From: Mobula hypostoma
Taxonomy: Eukaryota
Direction of reading: 5' to 3'
DNA length: 64,000 bases
Assembly: GCF_963921235.1 (NCBI RefSeq)
Contig: NC_086097.1
Location: forward strand, 251,226,001-251,290,000
Part shown: positions 1-11,964 of the stretch, in pieces
Numbering within the stretch: the stretch's first letter is position 1
Layout of the letters: each line of letters begins with the position of its first letter
The notes under the pieces: model-generated
Told to the model about the DNA's origin: nothing
The model's input: the letters and a program-made list of their open reading frames with translations, nothing else
Database searches by the model: none
Position numbers and translations under genes: made by a program

Positions 1-171
1 ATGGATTCAACATTCTGCTCCTTAGATCTTCTATCGTCTCTATCACCCCGAACTCATCTTTAACTAAGAGCGCTACCCGACCTCCCTTAACCTGTTGCTT
101 ATCCTTCTGTATTACCTGATATCCTTGGCTATTTAATTCCCAATCCTCTCCACCCTGCAACCACATCTCAG

Positions 172-392
172 CAACACTCACAACACGCTGGAGGAACTCA
201 GCAGGTTGGGCAGCATCTGTGGAAACGATCAGTCAACGTTTCGGGCCGGAACCCTTCGTCAGGACTACGTCAGGTTCTAGCCCAAAACATTGACTGATTG
301 TTTCTATGGATGCTGCCCGACCTGCTGAGTTCCTCCATTGTGTTGTGAGTGTTGCTTTGAGCCCAGCATCTGCAGTGTATTTTGTGTTTACG
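172..392. mobile_element. Fold-back Penelope-like pLTR-type insertion with 13-bp TSD
   Basis: Imperfect inverted arms ~171-255 and 272-355; flanking direct repeat AACCACATCTCAG at 159-171 and 393-405; inserted into a CR1 remnant. Confidence 0.75.
231..266 (-). ncRNA. Minimal type I hammerhead ribozyme motif (intact core)
   Basis: Minus strand reads AGUC-CUGACGA-A-GGGU-UCCG-GCCC-GAAACGUU-GACU: stem I AGUC/GACU, CUGANGA and GAAA core boxes, stem II, palindromic ACGU in place of stem III, GUU cleavage triplet. Confidence 0.7.
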
Positions 393-809
393 AACCACAT
401 CTCAGTAACAGCCACTAAATTATACCCTTTTATATTGATTTGTGTCACAAGACCTTGTTGCGAATACAATGCGCATTCAGATAAACTGCCTTTACACTTA
501 TTATGCTTTTAAAATCTAGTAACCTTTGTCTCTTTTGCACTTGACTTTTCTGCACCCCGCCTTTACTTTTCCCGTTTTTAACTTTTGTTTTTACTTTATC
601 TTTATCCATACTTTTCTCTTGCACTTCATCCATACTTCTGAGTCAGTGGTGGAGGCAGATACACTAGAGAAGTTTAAGAGACTACTAGACAGGTATATGG
701 AGGAATTTAAGGTGGGGGCTTATATGGGAGGCAGGGTTTGAGAGTCAGCACAACATTGTGGGCCGAAGGGCCTGTACTGTGCTGTACTATTCTATGTTCT
801 ATGTTCTCT

Positions 810-1290
810 AATCTGGTGAACCCGCCTGCTATTTACCTTAAAGCCCTCTCCACAGCTCTAGCTACGCGATTCACCGGGATCGATGTCCCATCACAGTTCA
901 GGTGGAGGCTGTCCCAATGGAACAGCTCCCTCCTTCCCCAATACTGGTGCCAGTTTCCCATGAATTTAAGCCCTCTTCTCCCAGACCAATCCTTGATCCA
1001 CTCTCTAATCTTCTTGACCCTGTGCCAATCTGCACGTGGCTCAGGTAGTAATCCAGAGATTACCACCATTTTGGTTCTGCTTTTTTAATTTAGTCCCCAG
1101 CTGCTCAAATTCCTTCTGAAGAACCCGTTTCTTCATTCTACCTATGTTGTTGATACCTACATGGGCCACGACAACTGGATCTTTCCCCTTCCACTATAAA
1201 TTCCTCTGCAGGTCAGATAAAATGTCCCAAACCCAGACACCAAGTAGGCAACGCAGCCTGTCACAGAAAACTTTGTCAATTCCAGTGGAA
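810..1290 (-). mobile_element. CR1 LINE ORF1 (SGNH esterase) fragment
   Basis: ORF 833..1069 VVISGLLP...WDSLHLN matches the esterase segment of the CR1 ORF1 at 30062-30670. Confidence 0.8.
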
Positions 1291-2163
1291 TACTTTGTCC
1301 AGTACAGTGCAATTCATGAAATATACAAATTACAATAAAGACATATGTATAAAATTAATAAGTAGTGGAAAAGAGAGCAAAAATAATGATGTGGCATCCA
1401 TACTTTCATTGTCCATTCAGAAATTTGATAGAAGAGGGGAAAAAGCTATTCAAAACGTTAAGTGTGTGTCTTCAGGCTCCTGTACCACCTCCTTGACAGT
1501 AGCAATGAGAAGAGGCATGTCCCGGATTGCTGAGGCCCTTTTTGTTTTGTGAGATACAGCACAGTAACAGGCTCTTCCGGCCCAATGAGTCAAGCACCCA
1601 ATTACACCCATGCGACCAATTAACCAACCAACCCACATTCCTTTGGGATGTGGGAGCACACAGACAAATCCCATGCAGTTATGGGGAGAATGTAAAAACT
1701 CCTTTCAGACAATGATGGAATTGAACTTGGATCACTGGCACTGTAATAGCATTACACTAACTGCTACGCTCCCATGCCGCCCGCAATTTCACTCCCATGA
1801 AACTTTCATTTAAGTTTCAACTGCTGTGAGCTCAATTTGAGTGTATTGCTACTGTGATCCAGAGATTTGCACACCTGGAGCTTGAGATTTTGAATTCAAG
1901 TTCAACATCAAGGTTACTTTTTAATTAATCTCCTCTGCATTTAGCTATAAACCCCTTCATTTCAATATATTATGTGTCCACAGTTAAGAAATTGTGTTGT
2001 GATAACAGCTCTTACTCATCAAAAATTCTTTGGGAAAAAAAACTTTCTCCTATATTCAAAATTCAAGATTATTTAATGTCATTTCCAGTATGCAGAAGCA
2101 GAATGAAATAATTGTTACTCCAGATCCGATGCAGCACAAAAAAAAAATAGGATAAAGAACACA

Positions 2164-2477
2164 TTGAAAGGTATCTGTTAGTCTTGCGAGATCATGGATC
2201 TGCGCCTGGAAAGTCTTCACTCTCCAGGGCGCAGGTCTGGGCAAGGTTGCATGGAAGACCAGCAGTTGCCCATGCTGCAAGTGTCCCCTCTCCATGACAC
2301 CGATGTTGTCCAAGGGAAGGGCATTAGGACCCATACAGCTTGGCACCAGTGTTGTCGCAGAGCAATGTGTGGTTAAGTGCCTTGCTCAAGGACACAACAC
2401 GTTCCCTCGGCTGGGGCTCGAACTCATGACCTTCAGGTCACTAGTCCAATGCCTTAACCACTTGGCCACATGCCCAC
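2164..2477 (-). mobile_element. tRNA-derived SINE with 11-bp TSD
   Basis: Minus strand A box TGGCCAAGTGG and B box GTTCGAGCC; TAAAGAACACA at 2153-2163 and 2478-2488; inserted in a Rex-type 3' fragment (~2056-2810). Confidence 0.8.
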
Positions 2478-3177
2478 TAAAGAACACAGTAATAATAATA
2501 AAACCCATAAATATAAACACATAAGTTCATATACATAAGCAGATTGAATGCATGTCCATAAAGTGACGCTAGGCATATAAACGTCTGTACATAAGGTGAC
2601 TCTGATAGGAAATGATAAAGTAGCGGTGGTTGGGGGTGTGGAGGGGTGAGTTAGTGGGTGGAGGTGTTGATCAGACTCACTGCTTAGGGAAAGTAACTGT
2701 TTTTGAGCGTTGAGGTCCCTGATGGGAGTGAAACAAACAGTCCATAAGCAGGATAGGTGGGATCCTTCATAATGTTATTGGCCCTTTTCCAGCACCTTTC
2801 TGTATATATAAGACCATAAGATATAGCAGCAGAATTAATCCATTTGGCCCATCGTGTTTGCTCCGCTATTTCATCATGGCTGATCCAAGTTTCCTCTCAG
2901 TTCCAATCCTTTCATGTGCTGACCAATCGAGAATCTGATAATCCCTGCCTTAAACATAGGTAAAGACTTGGCCTCCACAGCCTTCACCTCATCTCCATTC
3001 TAAAGTATGCCTCTCTGTTTTGAGGCTGTGTCCTCTGATCTTAGACTCTCCCACCATTGGAAGCATCCTCTCCACATCCACTCTATCGAAGCCTTTCACC
3101 ATTCAGTATGTCTTTGATGGCGGGAAGGCCGGTGCTGGTGATGCAATAGGCAGTTTTCACTACCCATTGTACAGCCT

Positions 3178-4834
3178 TGAACCATAGAAAAACTACAGCA
3201 CAGAAACAGGCCTTTTGGCCCTTCTTGGCTGTGCCAAACCATTTTCTGCCTAGTCCCACTGACCTGCACCTGGACCATATCCCTCCATACACCTCTCATC
3301 TATGTACCTGTCCAAGTTTTTCTTAAATGTTAAAAGTGAGCCCACATTTACCACTTCATCTGGCAGCTCATTCCACACTCCCACCACTCTCTGTGTGAAG
3401 AAGCCCCCCCCCCCAATGGTCCCTTTAAACTTTTCCACCTTCACCCTTAACCCATGTCCTCTGGTTTTATTTCTCCCCTAGCCTCAGTGGAAAAAGCCTG
3501 CTTGCATTCACTCTATCTATACCCATAATCATTTTATATACCCCTATCTACATCACTGTATCTATACCAGGAGGGAGGAGAAGATGGCGTCGCGACGCAG
3601 CGCGCACGGCCATCCCAAATTGATATCAATATGTGTTAACTAGGGGGCTGTGCACAATCCGGATTTGATGGGGGACAGCCGTGAGAAGCGCAGAGGAACA
3701 TCTGGAGTAACCTCTGAAATGCCTGCTTCGCTGCCGCTGCTACTGTGCAATCGAGAATCTCCGGAGACAAAGGCCCCAAATCTTCAGCTTTGCGTATCCT
3801 CTGTTGCCGGGGCTGGGGCCGAAGCGCTCGGCATCAAAGAGGTGGGTAGGAGGCTCGGAGTTTTTTGAATGGACTTGGAGTCGGACTATGGTCGGATGCT
3901 TCCAGAATGTTGCACCGACAAGTTGGCGGCACTGGAGGTTTACCGTCTGCGTGAGATGATGGGACTTTTCGAGAGACTTTGAGACTTTTACTGTGCTATG
4001 GTCTGTTCTTATCAAATTACGGTATTGTTTTGCACTGTTGTAACTATATATTACAATTATGTGATTTTTGTTTGTTTTTAAGTCGGTTTGTCGTGTTTTT
4101 GTGATATCATTCTGGAAAAACATTTTATCATTTCCTAATGCATGCATTACTAAATGACAATAAAAGAGGACTGTGTGTCCTCATAATCATAATCATATCA
4201 AATCTCCCCTCATTCTTCTATGCTCCAGGGAATAAAGTCCTAACCTATCCAACCTTTCTCTGTAACTCACTTTCTCAAGTCCCAGCAACATCCTTGTAAA
4301 CCTTCTCTGCGCTCTTTCAATCTTATCAATATCCTTCCTGTAATTTGGTGACCAAAACTGTACACAATACTCCAATGCCTTATACAACCTCACCATAACA
4401 TTCCAACTCTTACACTCAATACTTTGATTTATAAAGGCCAATGTACCAAAAGCTCTCTTTACGACCCTATCTACCTGTGACGCCACTTTTAGGGAACTTT
4501 GTATCTGTATTCCCAGATCCCTCTGTTCTACTGCACTCCTTAATGCCCTACCATTTACCTTGTATGTTCTACCTTGGTTTGTCCTTCCAAAGTGCAATAC
4601 CTCACATTTGTCTGTATTAAACTCCATCCGCCATTTTTCAGCCTATTTTTCCAGCTGGTCCAAATCCCTCTGCAAGCTTTGAAAACCTTCCTCACTGTCC
4701 ACTACACCTCCAATCTTTGTATCATCAGCAAATTTGCTGATCCAATTTACCACATTATCATCCAGATCATTGATATAGTTGACAAATAACAATGGACCCA
4801 GCACAGATCCCTGTGGCACACCACTAGTCACAGG
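3178..4834 (-). mobile_element. 5'-truncated CR1 LINE (RT C-terminus and 3' UTR), split by an insertion at ~3549-4195
   Basis: ORFs 4643..4861, 4193..4627 and 3250..3444 ([14 protein letters not shown]) closely match the CR1 at 32690-33705. Confidence 0.9.
3549..4195 (+). mobile_element. Non-coding non-autonomous retroposon (AAGATGGCG head, AATAAA plus (ATAATC)n tail)
   Basis: Cleanly interrupts the CR1; CpG-rich 5' end; short tandem-repeat tail; no credible ORF. Confidence 0.6.
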
Positions 4835-5732
4835 ATAACCTGCAAAGATGAAATGGCACAAAGATGTTAGTTCAAAACAAGGTTAAATAAATAGATTTTG
4901 AACTGGTGTTTAAAAGTGCCAACCAAATCTGCATCTCTCACAGTTTTAGGTGGTGAATTCCTGTCTAGGAGTGTACTTCAAAAAAAGCTGACCAAAATCT
5001 TTTTTTATCTTTCAAAAAAGATAAAAATTATCTTTTGAGGAAGATTGTTTAAATTTAACAGACTGGCAGTGGACACCACTTTGTAGGTACAGAGGGATAT
5101 GTACTTGCAGATGTTCAGATGGGAGAACTGATAATGTTAGAACAATTGGGTAGTCCGATATGTAATGCAAAATACAACATAAAATTTTCAGAATTAGATT
5201 TATTTATCAAAAGTATTGTGAAACATGTTGTATACGTTCACAACCAGCACTCCCAAGTTTGTGCTGGGGACAGCCTGCAAGTGTCGCCACATATTCCAGT
5301 GCCAGACTAATATGCTCACAATGCTTGGCAGAACAACACAGAACACAAGCTTCTTTGACATTTTTTAAAAATTCCCAATATAGATTCCCATCCTATTTAT
5401 TTAACCTTGCTTTTAACTAACATCTTTCTGTCTTTTAACATGCTCTCTAAACCAGGCAGCATCCTGGTAAGCCTCTTCTGCACCCTCTCCAAAGCCTCTA
5501 TGTTCTTCTTATAATGCGGTGACTAGACCGTATGCAATACCCCTGATGCAGCCCAGTTATACAAAGCTGCAACTTAACTTCCTGACCTTTGAACTCAAGT
5601 TTGTACAATAAAGAAATCTCTGGGCTGGGGAGAGCTAAGCAGCAACTTCCACAGTATCTCATGAGAGTGGACAAATGAAAACGGGGTGGAGGAAATAATG
5701 TCAGATTATAGTTTTCAAGTTATCCTTTAGAA

Positions 5733-5813
5733 CAGGGGTTCCCATCCTGGGGTCCGTGGACACCTCAGTTTAATGGTAGCGGTTTATGGCATAAAAATGT
5801 TTGGGAAACTCTG
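5733..5813. mobile_element. 81-bp hAT-type MITE
   Basis: TIRs CAGGGGTTCCCA / TGGGAAACTCTG; 8-bp TSD CTTTAGAA at 5725-5732 and 5814-5821. Confidence 0.8.
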
Positions 5814-5959
5814 CTTTAGAACATAGAACATTATAGGACAATGCAGGTCTTTTGGCCCACAATGTTGTGCCGAACTATTATAAGATCAATCTAAGCACCT
5901 CTTCTACATAGCCCTCCATTTTTCTAGCATTCACGTGCCTATCTAAGAAACTCTTAGAT

Positions 5960-6228
5960 ATGATAGCACGATGCTATCATAGCTCAAGGCACTGGAGTTC
6001 AGAGTTGAATTCCATCGTCCTCTGTAAGCTAGTTTGTACGTTCCTTCCCGCGTGCACGTGGGTTTCCTCCCACAGTCCAAAGACATACCGGTTTCGTAAA
6101 CTGTAAATTGTCCTGTGATTAGGCCAGGGTTTAATGGGGCAGGGGTAAGGTGGGGAGGAGGTGTTGCTGAGAAATGTGGGTCATTGGGCCGGAAGAGCCT
6201 ATTCCACGCTATATTTCTAAATAAAATA
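5960..6228 (+). mobile_element. V-SINE-like element (related copies ~1545-1780 -, ~11190-11330 +, ~11610-11730 +, ~13965-14250 -)
   Basis: Shared core GTGGGTTTCCTCC...CCCACAGTCCAAAGAC repeated across the window; degenerate tRNA head; CR1-like tail. Confidence 0.65.
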
Positions 6229-6400
6229 AATGTCCCAAATGATTCTGCCTCTACCACCATCCCTGGCAGGACCTTGGACTGGCCTTTTAATAGTAAGTAC
6301 AGCATATTCAAGGAACCATGTTTATAAAATTGTGATCTCTGCAGTTTAGTATGAACTGCAAAAGGTTTATGAATTTATTCACCGTAAAGCTGAGGTACAA

Positions 6401-6661
6401 CTCTGTCATGGAGAGCTCGGCTGTGAAAGGAGGAGGGTTGGGCATGCGGCTAGCAACCCCATTCCGTAAAAACCCAGAGCTACAGACATGCCAAGAGAAG
6501 CTCCAAAGACCTCATCCCTGGGAGAGGAAAGATGTTCACCCTGAAGACGTATGATGCTGTGCAGTGAAAGCGGAAGCCACAGGGCCGATTAACTTTCAGC
6601 CCAGGACAGAGGACTCGCTGAGCTGCTGTCAACGACCTATGCCCCAGTACGGGTGATGAGC
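6401..6661 (+). mobile_element. Bipartite RTE-derived non-autonomous retroposon, copy 1
   Basis: 16-bp TSD TAAAGCTGAG(G/A)TACAA at 6385-6400 and 6662-6677; homologous to 42213-42474 and 49816-50036. Confidence 0.75.
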
Positions 6662-6857
6662 TAAAGCTGAGATACAAATCAGACTGTTATTTTTGCAGTT
6701 CCAATGCTTTCATAGCTAGCTGACAAATCAGGTACCGCACCTCAGTTTCCCTCATTTTCTTCAATTTACTCAGATGCTGACTTTAATTCTCGATAACATA
6801 GCCAGTTTTTCCTTTTGAATGTGGAACTTGTTATTTTAAAATGAAGAATTCACGTAC

Positions 6858-7103
6858 CATCAACTTCCGCTTCTTCCTCTACATCCTCTTCTTCTTCAGC
6901 ACTCTCCACAGTACGCTCATCTTCTTCCTCTCCCTCTGCTGCTGCATCTTCCTCCTCCTCCTCTTCATCTTCCTCCTCTGGCGGTTCTACCTCTTCCTCA
7001 CCATCAGAAAACTGCGCCTCTTGCTGATTGGACGAACGATCCGGAGAAATGGGTTCAAAGTAATCCTCTCTGGGCTCACTTTCATCCACTTTATCCGCAC
7101 TTT
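6858..7103 (-). CDS. VIRMA: VIRMA coding exon 7, acidic region (ESADKVDESEPREDYFEPISPDRSS...EEEAEVD)
   Basis: 246 nt; TTTCAG acceptor, G|GTACGT donor; phase 1 to 1; conserved REDYFEPISPDR motif; next exon not found in 1-6857, so the gene continues beyond the window. Confidence 0.93.
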
Positions 7104-7749
7104 CTGAAACAATAAATTAGATCGATTACCTTAAACTTTGATCTTAATTTCAATAGTGCATATAACATCAATAACAACATTATTATAGTCATATAACACT
7201 ACAGCACAGAAACGCCCTCCGGCCCAAATAGTCTGTACCATACTGCTATTTTGCCTAGACTCACTGACCCACACCTGGACCAGAGCTCTCAACACCCCTC
7301 CTGTCTATGTACCAATGTAAATGTTGAAATCAAACCCACATCCGCCACTTCCACTGGCAGCTCACTCCACCCTCTGAGTGAAGTTTCCCCTTAGGTTCCT
7401 CTTAAATATTTGATCTTTCACCCTTAGCCCACAACCTCTAGTTGGGTCTCAATGATTCCGAGTGAATAAGCTTTCTCTAAGAATAGTTATTGAACAATGA
7501 AAACCCTGGATATTATTCATCATTTTGTGCTCTCTGAGAATAAAACAAATTACTTTCTGTTGCACAAACCATTCCCTTTAAGTATGTCTACAGGTGACAA
7601 CATAAGAAACAGAAATAGGAGATGGAGTTTTGGACCCCTTCAAACCCTGTTCCACTGATCATAGGATTATGACTGATTTTTTGCCTCTACCCCATTTTCC
7701 TCCACTAGTCAGGTGTCAGGTCTCTCAGTGGGAGAGCATTTTGGAGATA

Positions 7750-9855
7750 GTAATAGGACCAATCAAGTGTGACAGTGGAAAAGTGAGTATGGAACCGGAG
7801 GAGATGGCAGAGGTACTTAATGAGTACTTTGCTTCAGTATTCACTACAGAAAAGGATCTTGGCGATTGTAGGGATGACTTGCAGCAGACTGAAAAACTTC
7901 AACATGTAGATATTAAGGATGTGCTGGAGCTTTTGGAAAGCATCAAGTTGGACAAATCACCGGGACTGTTCGGGATATACCCCAGGCTACTGTGGGAATC
8001 AAGGGAGGAGATTGCTGACCCTCTGGCAATGATCTTTGCATCACCAATGGGGACGAGAGAGGTTTCGGAGGATTGGAGGGTTGCAGATGTTGTTCCCTTA
8101 TTCAAGGGAGGGAGTAGAGATAGCCCAGGAAATTAAAGACTAGTGAGTCTTACTTCAGTGGTTAGTAAGTTGATGGAGAAGATCCTGAGAGGCAGGATTT
8201 CTGAACATTTGGAGACGCATAATATGATTAGGAATAGTCAGCATGGCTTTGTCAAAGGCAGCTTGTGCCTTACGAGCCTGATTGAATTTTTTGAGGATGT
8301 GACTAAACACATTTGTGACGGGGTCCTGAATTACCCCTATGAACTATGCTCGATTACCCCTATGAACTGTGCTTTTGAAAATAGAGACAGAGTTATTTAA
8401 CATCGATATCTTGTTTTGAAGAGAGAAAGAGACGAAGACTAATTGTTGGACTGTCACTTTAAGGCACTGGAAGAAACTTCTGGATTTCTGCTGAGTTGGG
8501 GAGAGAGATGGCACCGAGCAGCTCGTAAGTTGCTATGGTAACCGAGGGCGGTTATTTGATGGACAACCAATGTTATGATTTTTTCGGCAGCGTGTTAATA
8601 CTTCGCCTGCTTGTGCATTTCTTACACAGAGAGAGGAAGGAGGAGTTATTTGAATGAGTGACAGTTGATGCTCAGCACAGGAAGATAAAATAGAAGGTCA
8701 AATGATGGACCTCAGACACATGTTTTGGACACTGAATGAGCTTTGCTGTGCCCGCAGAAAAAGTGGGTTTTTGGATCCATCACTGGCTCCTGCAGTGACC
8801 GGTGGGGAGTTGTCCATGTGTCCACCCTTGCCTGGGTGTTAGCTTCACCACAGAAAACTGGTCCCCTTTGTTGTGGTCACAGTTGGTGACTTTTAAAGGA
8901 TATCGGAGGACAACAAGAAGACTGACGGTGTCAGCTCACCTGAAGACTCAAATCTCTCCCTCTCTCTCTCTCCATCACTACTCAGCTTGATACTGCGAAC
9001 TGAACTGAACTGAACTTTGCTCATCATCGTAAGACTGTATCTTTTTACCCCTAGACTTGGAGAGGCTTGGTTTTTCATACATATATTTCCACACTTACTG
9101 ATATACTTACTTATATATATAATCATTGCTAACCTGTTTGATTTATCTACATTTATATTACTGTATTGCATAGTTACTAATAAATATTATTAGTTAATAG
9201 CAATACTGGACTCCAAAGTGTTTTCTATTTCTTCTGGTTCTTTATTCCCGTCATGGGGTACTTGCCACATTGATGAAGATAGAGCAGTGGATGTAGTGTA
9301 TATGGCTTTTAGCAAGGCATTTGATAAGGTACCCCATGCAAGGCTTATTGAGAAAGTAAGGAGGCAAGGGATCCAAGGGGACATTGCTTTGTGGATGTTG
9401 CCTGGACTGGGGAGCATGCCTTATGAGAATAGGTTGAGTGAATTCAGCCTTTTCTCCTTGGAGTAACAGAGAATGAGAGGTGACCTGATGGAGGTGTACA
9501 AGATGATGAGAGGCATTGATCGTGTGGATAGTCAGAGGCTTTTTCCCAGGGCTGACATGGCTAGCATGAGAGGGTATAGTTTTAAGGTGCTTGGAAGCAG
9601 GTACAAGGAGATGTCAGGGGTTAAGTTTTTTTTTTACACAGAGAGTGGTGAGTGTGTGCAATCAGCTGCCGGCGGCAGCGGTGGTAGAAGCGGAAACAAT
9701 AGGGTCTTTTAAGAGACTCCTGGATGGATACATGGAGCTTAGAAAAATAGAGGACTATGGGTAAGCCTAGGTAGTTCTAAGGTAAGGGCATGTTCGGCAC
9801 AGCTTTGTGGGCCAAAGGGCCAGTATTGTACTGTATGTTTTTTATGTTTCTATGT
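7750..9855 (+). mobile_element. 5'-truncated CR1 LINE with internal solo LTR and internal deletion
   Basis: ORF2 fragments (DKSPG, SQHGFVKG, FSKAFDKVPH); same subfamily as 50787-52576; TTCTATGT-type tail. Confidence 0.88.
8314..9267 (+). mobile_element. Solo LTR (954 bp) with 4-bp TSD
   Basis: TGTGACG...TTGCCA termini; CATT at 8310-8313 and 9268-9271; CR1 sequence resumes exactly after it; AATAAA near the 3' end. Confidence 0.85.
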
Positions 9856-10205
9856 AAATGGACGTCCCTCTTTTCTGAGGCTGTGCCTTCTGGTCCTAGA
9901 CGCTCCCACTCTTGAAAATATCACCTCTACATCCACCCTATCAAGGCCTTTTAATATTCAATGAGATCTCCCCTTATTCTTCTAAACTCCAGCAAGTACA
10001 GGCCCAGACCCATCGTATACTCCTCATAAGTTAACCCTTTCATTCCTGGAATCATTCTCATGAACCTCATCTGGGTTCTCACCAATGCCAGCACATCTTT
10101 TCTTAGATAATATATTTTCTCAAAGGAAATTAGCAACGCTTTATGGCAGCACATCTTGGATTGGGACTTGAATTTTAGTACCGGTACGGAATTATTTTGC
10201 TTTAC

Positions 10206-10325
10206 CAGTCTGAGGTAATGCTTCTTCTTCATCATCATCGGGTGGAGGGGGACCTGGAGGTGTTCGTGGTCCCCTTGGCTGTGGTCTTGGGGGATTTTCA
10301 TTGTATTGATCCTCCTTATCCCAAT
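10206..10325 (-). CDS. VIRMA: VIRMA coding exon 6 (DWDKEDQYNENPPRPQPRGPRTPPGPPPPDDDEEEALPQT)
   Basis: 120 nt; polypyrimidine tract plus TTTTAG acceptor, G|GTAAAG donor; phase 1 to 1; conserved PPRPQPRGPRTPPGPPPPDDDE motif. Confidence 0.95.
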
Positions 10326-11734
10326 CTAAAAGAAAATAGAAAAGAAAAAAGAAAAAAAATAATCAATGCATATTAAATATTATACATTGTTCAGGCTTTT
10401 ATTTTTGAAATATAGCCCTGATGACTTTTATTTTGAAATTCAGTTGGAACTCATCAGGAGAGCAGCCATTTTGATTTTAGTGGGGTTTTTCAGTCAGGCT
10501 GAAGTAAATATACATAATCCTGTGTTTTCCTTCTTCTGTTTGCGCCACTAATATCATCATCTATGTGTTGTTTTAGTTCACAAAGGAGAGAACGCTATCT
10601 GAGCAATACTTGGTGTTAATATGATGTAAAAGTTTACCTCTCATTAGTGTTTGACCACTAATGGCAATAGCAAACCAATTCTGTAGAAAAATTTGCCAAG
10701 AACAGTCATGGATAAAAACATATAGGAGCAGAATTAGGCCATTTGGTCCATCCAGTCTGCTCCCTATTGATCGCCCACGTCAATACAACACGGCACATGA
10801 TGGTCAGTGTTTGACCAGCCTTAGTAATTTAAGGAACACCTCCATGATATTAACCTTCCTGCATACTTTGAAACTTTGTCTACTCGTGTTGTGTATAATA
10901 TTTGGCTAGTTTACATGCAAGTCTAGCTTCATATATTCCAAATTTTTTTGAATGTGTAACATTCTGCATTATTCTGTTTGCTGCATTAAACACTTACAGT
11001 ATTTTTCCGGTTCTCTCTCAGTTTTACTCTTAATTGAGTTGTATAAGTGAGTGCTGCCTAATAAAGTACCTGGAGCTTGGATACTATATCCTGACACCCA
11101 CGTTCAATGAGTGGAGTTTAGCTTTCTGCTGAATTGTGTACTTCCCACTTCACACACAAGGAGAGTACTACAAGCATATTAAGAAGTGACACAGCAGCAA
11201 GGTAGTTAGCCCAACGCTACTACTGCACCAGCAACCTGGTTTCAGTCAGGAGTTTGGGTGTTCTCCTTGTAATCACATGGGTTTTCTCCAGCTGCTCCAG
11301 TTTCCTCCCACATTCCAAAGACATATGGTATTGTAATGCTCCAGACGCAGCCGAATTAGAATTTTATAAAGCTGCAGCATAACTTCCTGACTTTTCAACT
11401 CAATGCGTCGACTAATAAAGCATGCCATATGCCTTCTGAACCACCCTACTATCAACTATCAACTTGTGTAGCCAGGTTGGAGGTCAGGGGCAGGAGCCAG
11501 TGTTCAGAGTCCAGGTTGGAACGCTCCATGGTTGAAGGTCAGTGATCCTGGAGGTCAGGTTGACAGGAACTAAGGACACCAGCGATTCCTAGCTCAGAGA
11601 AGAATTGGTACATCACCAGTGACCCAAGTTCAATTCCCGCTGCTGCCAGTAAGAGGTCTGTACGTTCTCACCGTAATGACATGGATTTCCTCTGGGTGTT
11701 TCGGTTCCCTCCCATAGTCCAAAGACATATTGTT

Positions 11735-11853
11735 TACACAAACACAAGGAAGTCCAAAGCAACACACACAAAATGCTGGAGGAACTCAGCAGACCAGGCA
11801 GCATCTACGAAAAAGAGTACAGTCGACGATTCGGGCCAAGACCCTTCATCAGG
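11735..11853 (-). mobile_element. Single-arm Penelope-like pLTR unit with mutated hammerhead motif
   Basis: Minus strand CUGAUGA-A-GGGUCUUGGCCC-GAAUC-GUC-GACU (GAAA box mutated); arm homologous to 172-392 and 38059-38291. Confidence 0.65.
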
Positions 11854-11964
11854 TACAGATTAAGTAAATCTGAATCTGAGTGCCTCAATACCACAGCATG
11901 CAGCATATCTAATCACTTATTTTTCAACAGAATAATCAAGCTTTGTTGGTTGTCTGTTGAATAC

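Noticed and set aside
2395..2477. tRNA-like sequence
   Set aside because: Head of a TSD-flanked SINE, not a stand-alone tRNA gene
6841..7107. Plus-strand hydrophobic 88-aa ORF
   Set aside because: Antisense shadow of the Glu-rich VIRMA exon 7
10417..10460. CCTGATGA...TCATCAGG, a possible hammerhead or C/D snoRNA
   Set aside because: Only an 8-bp inverted repeat; no stem II/stem I pairing or convincing C/D box layout
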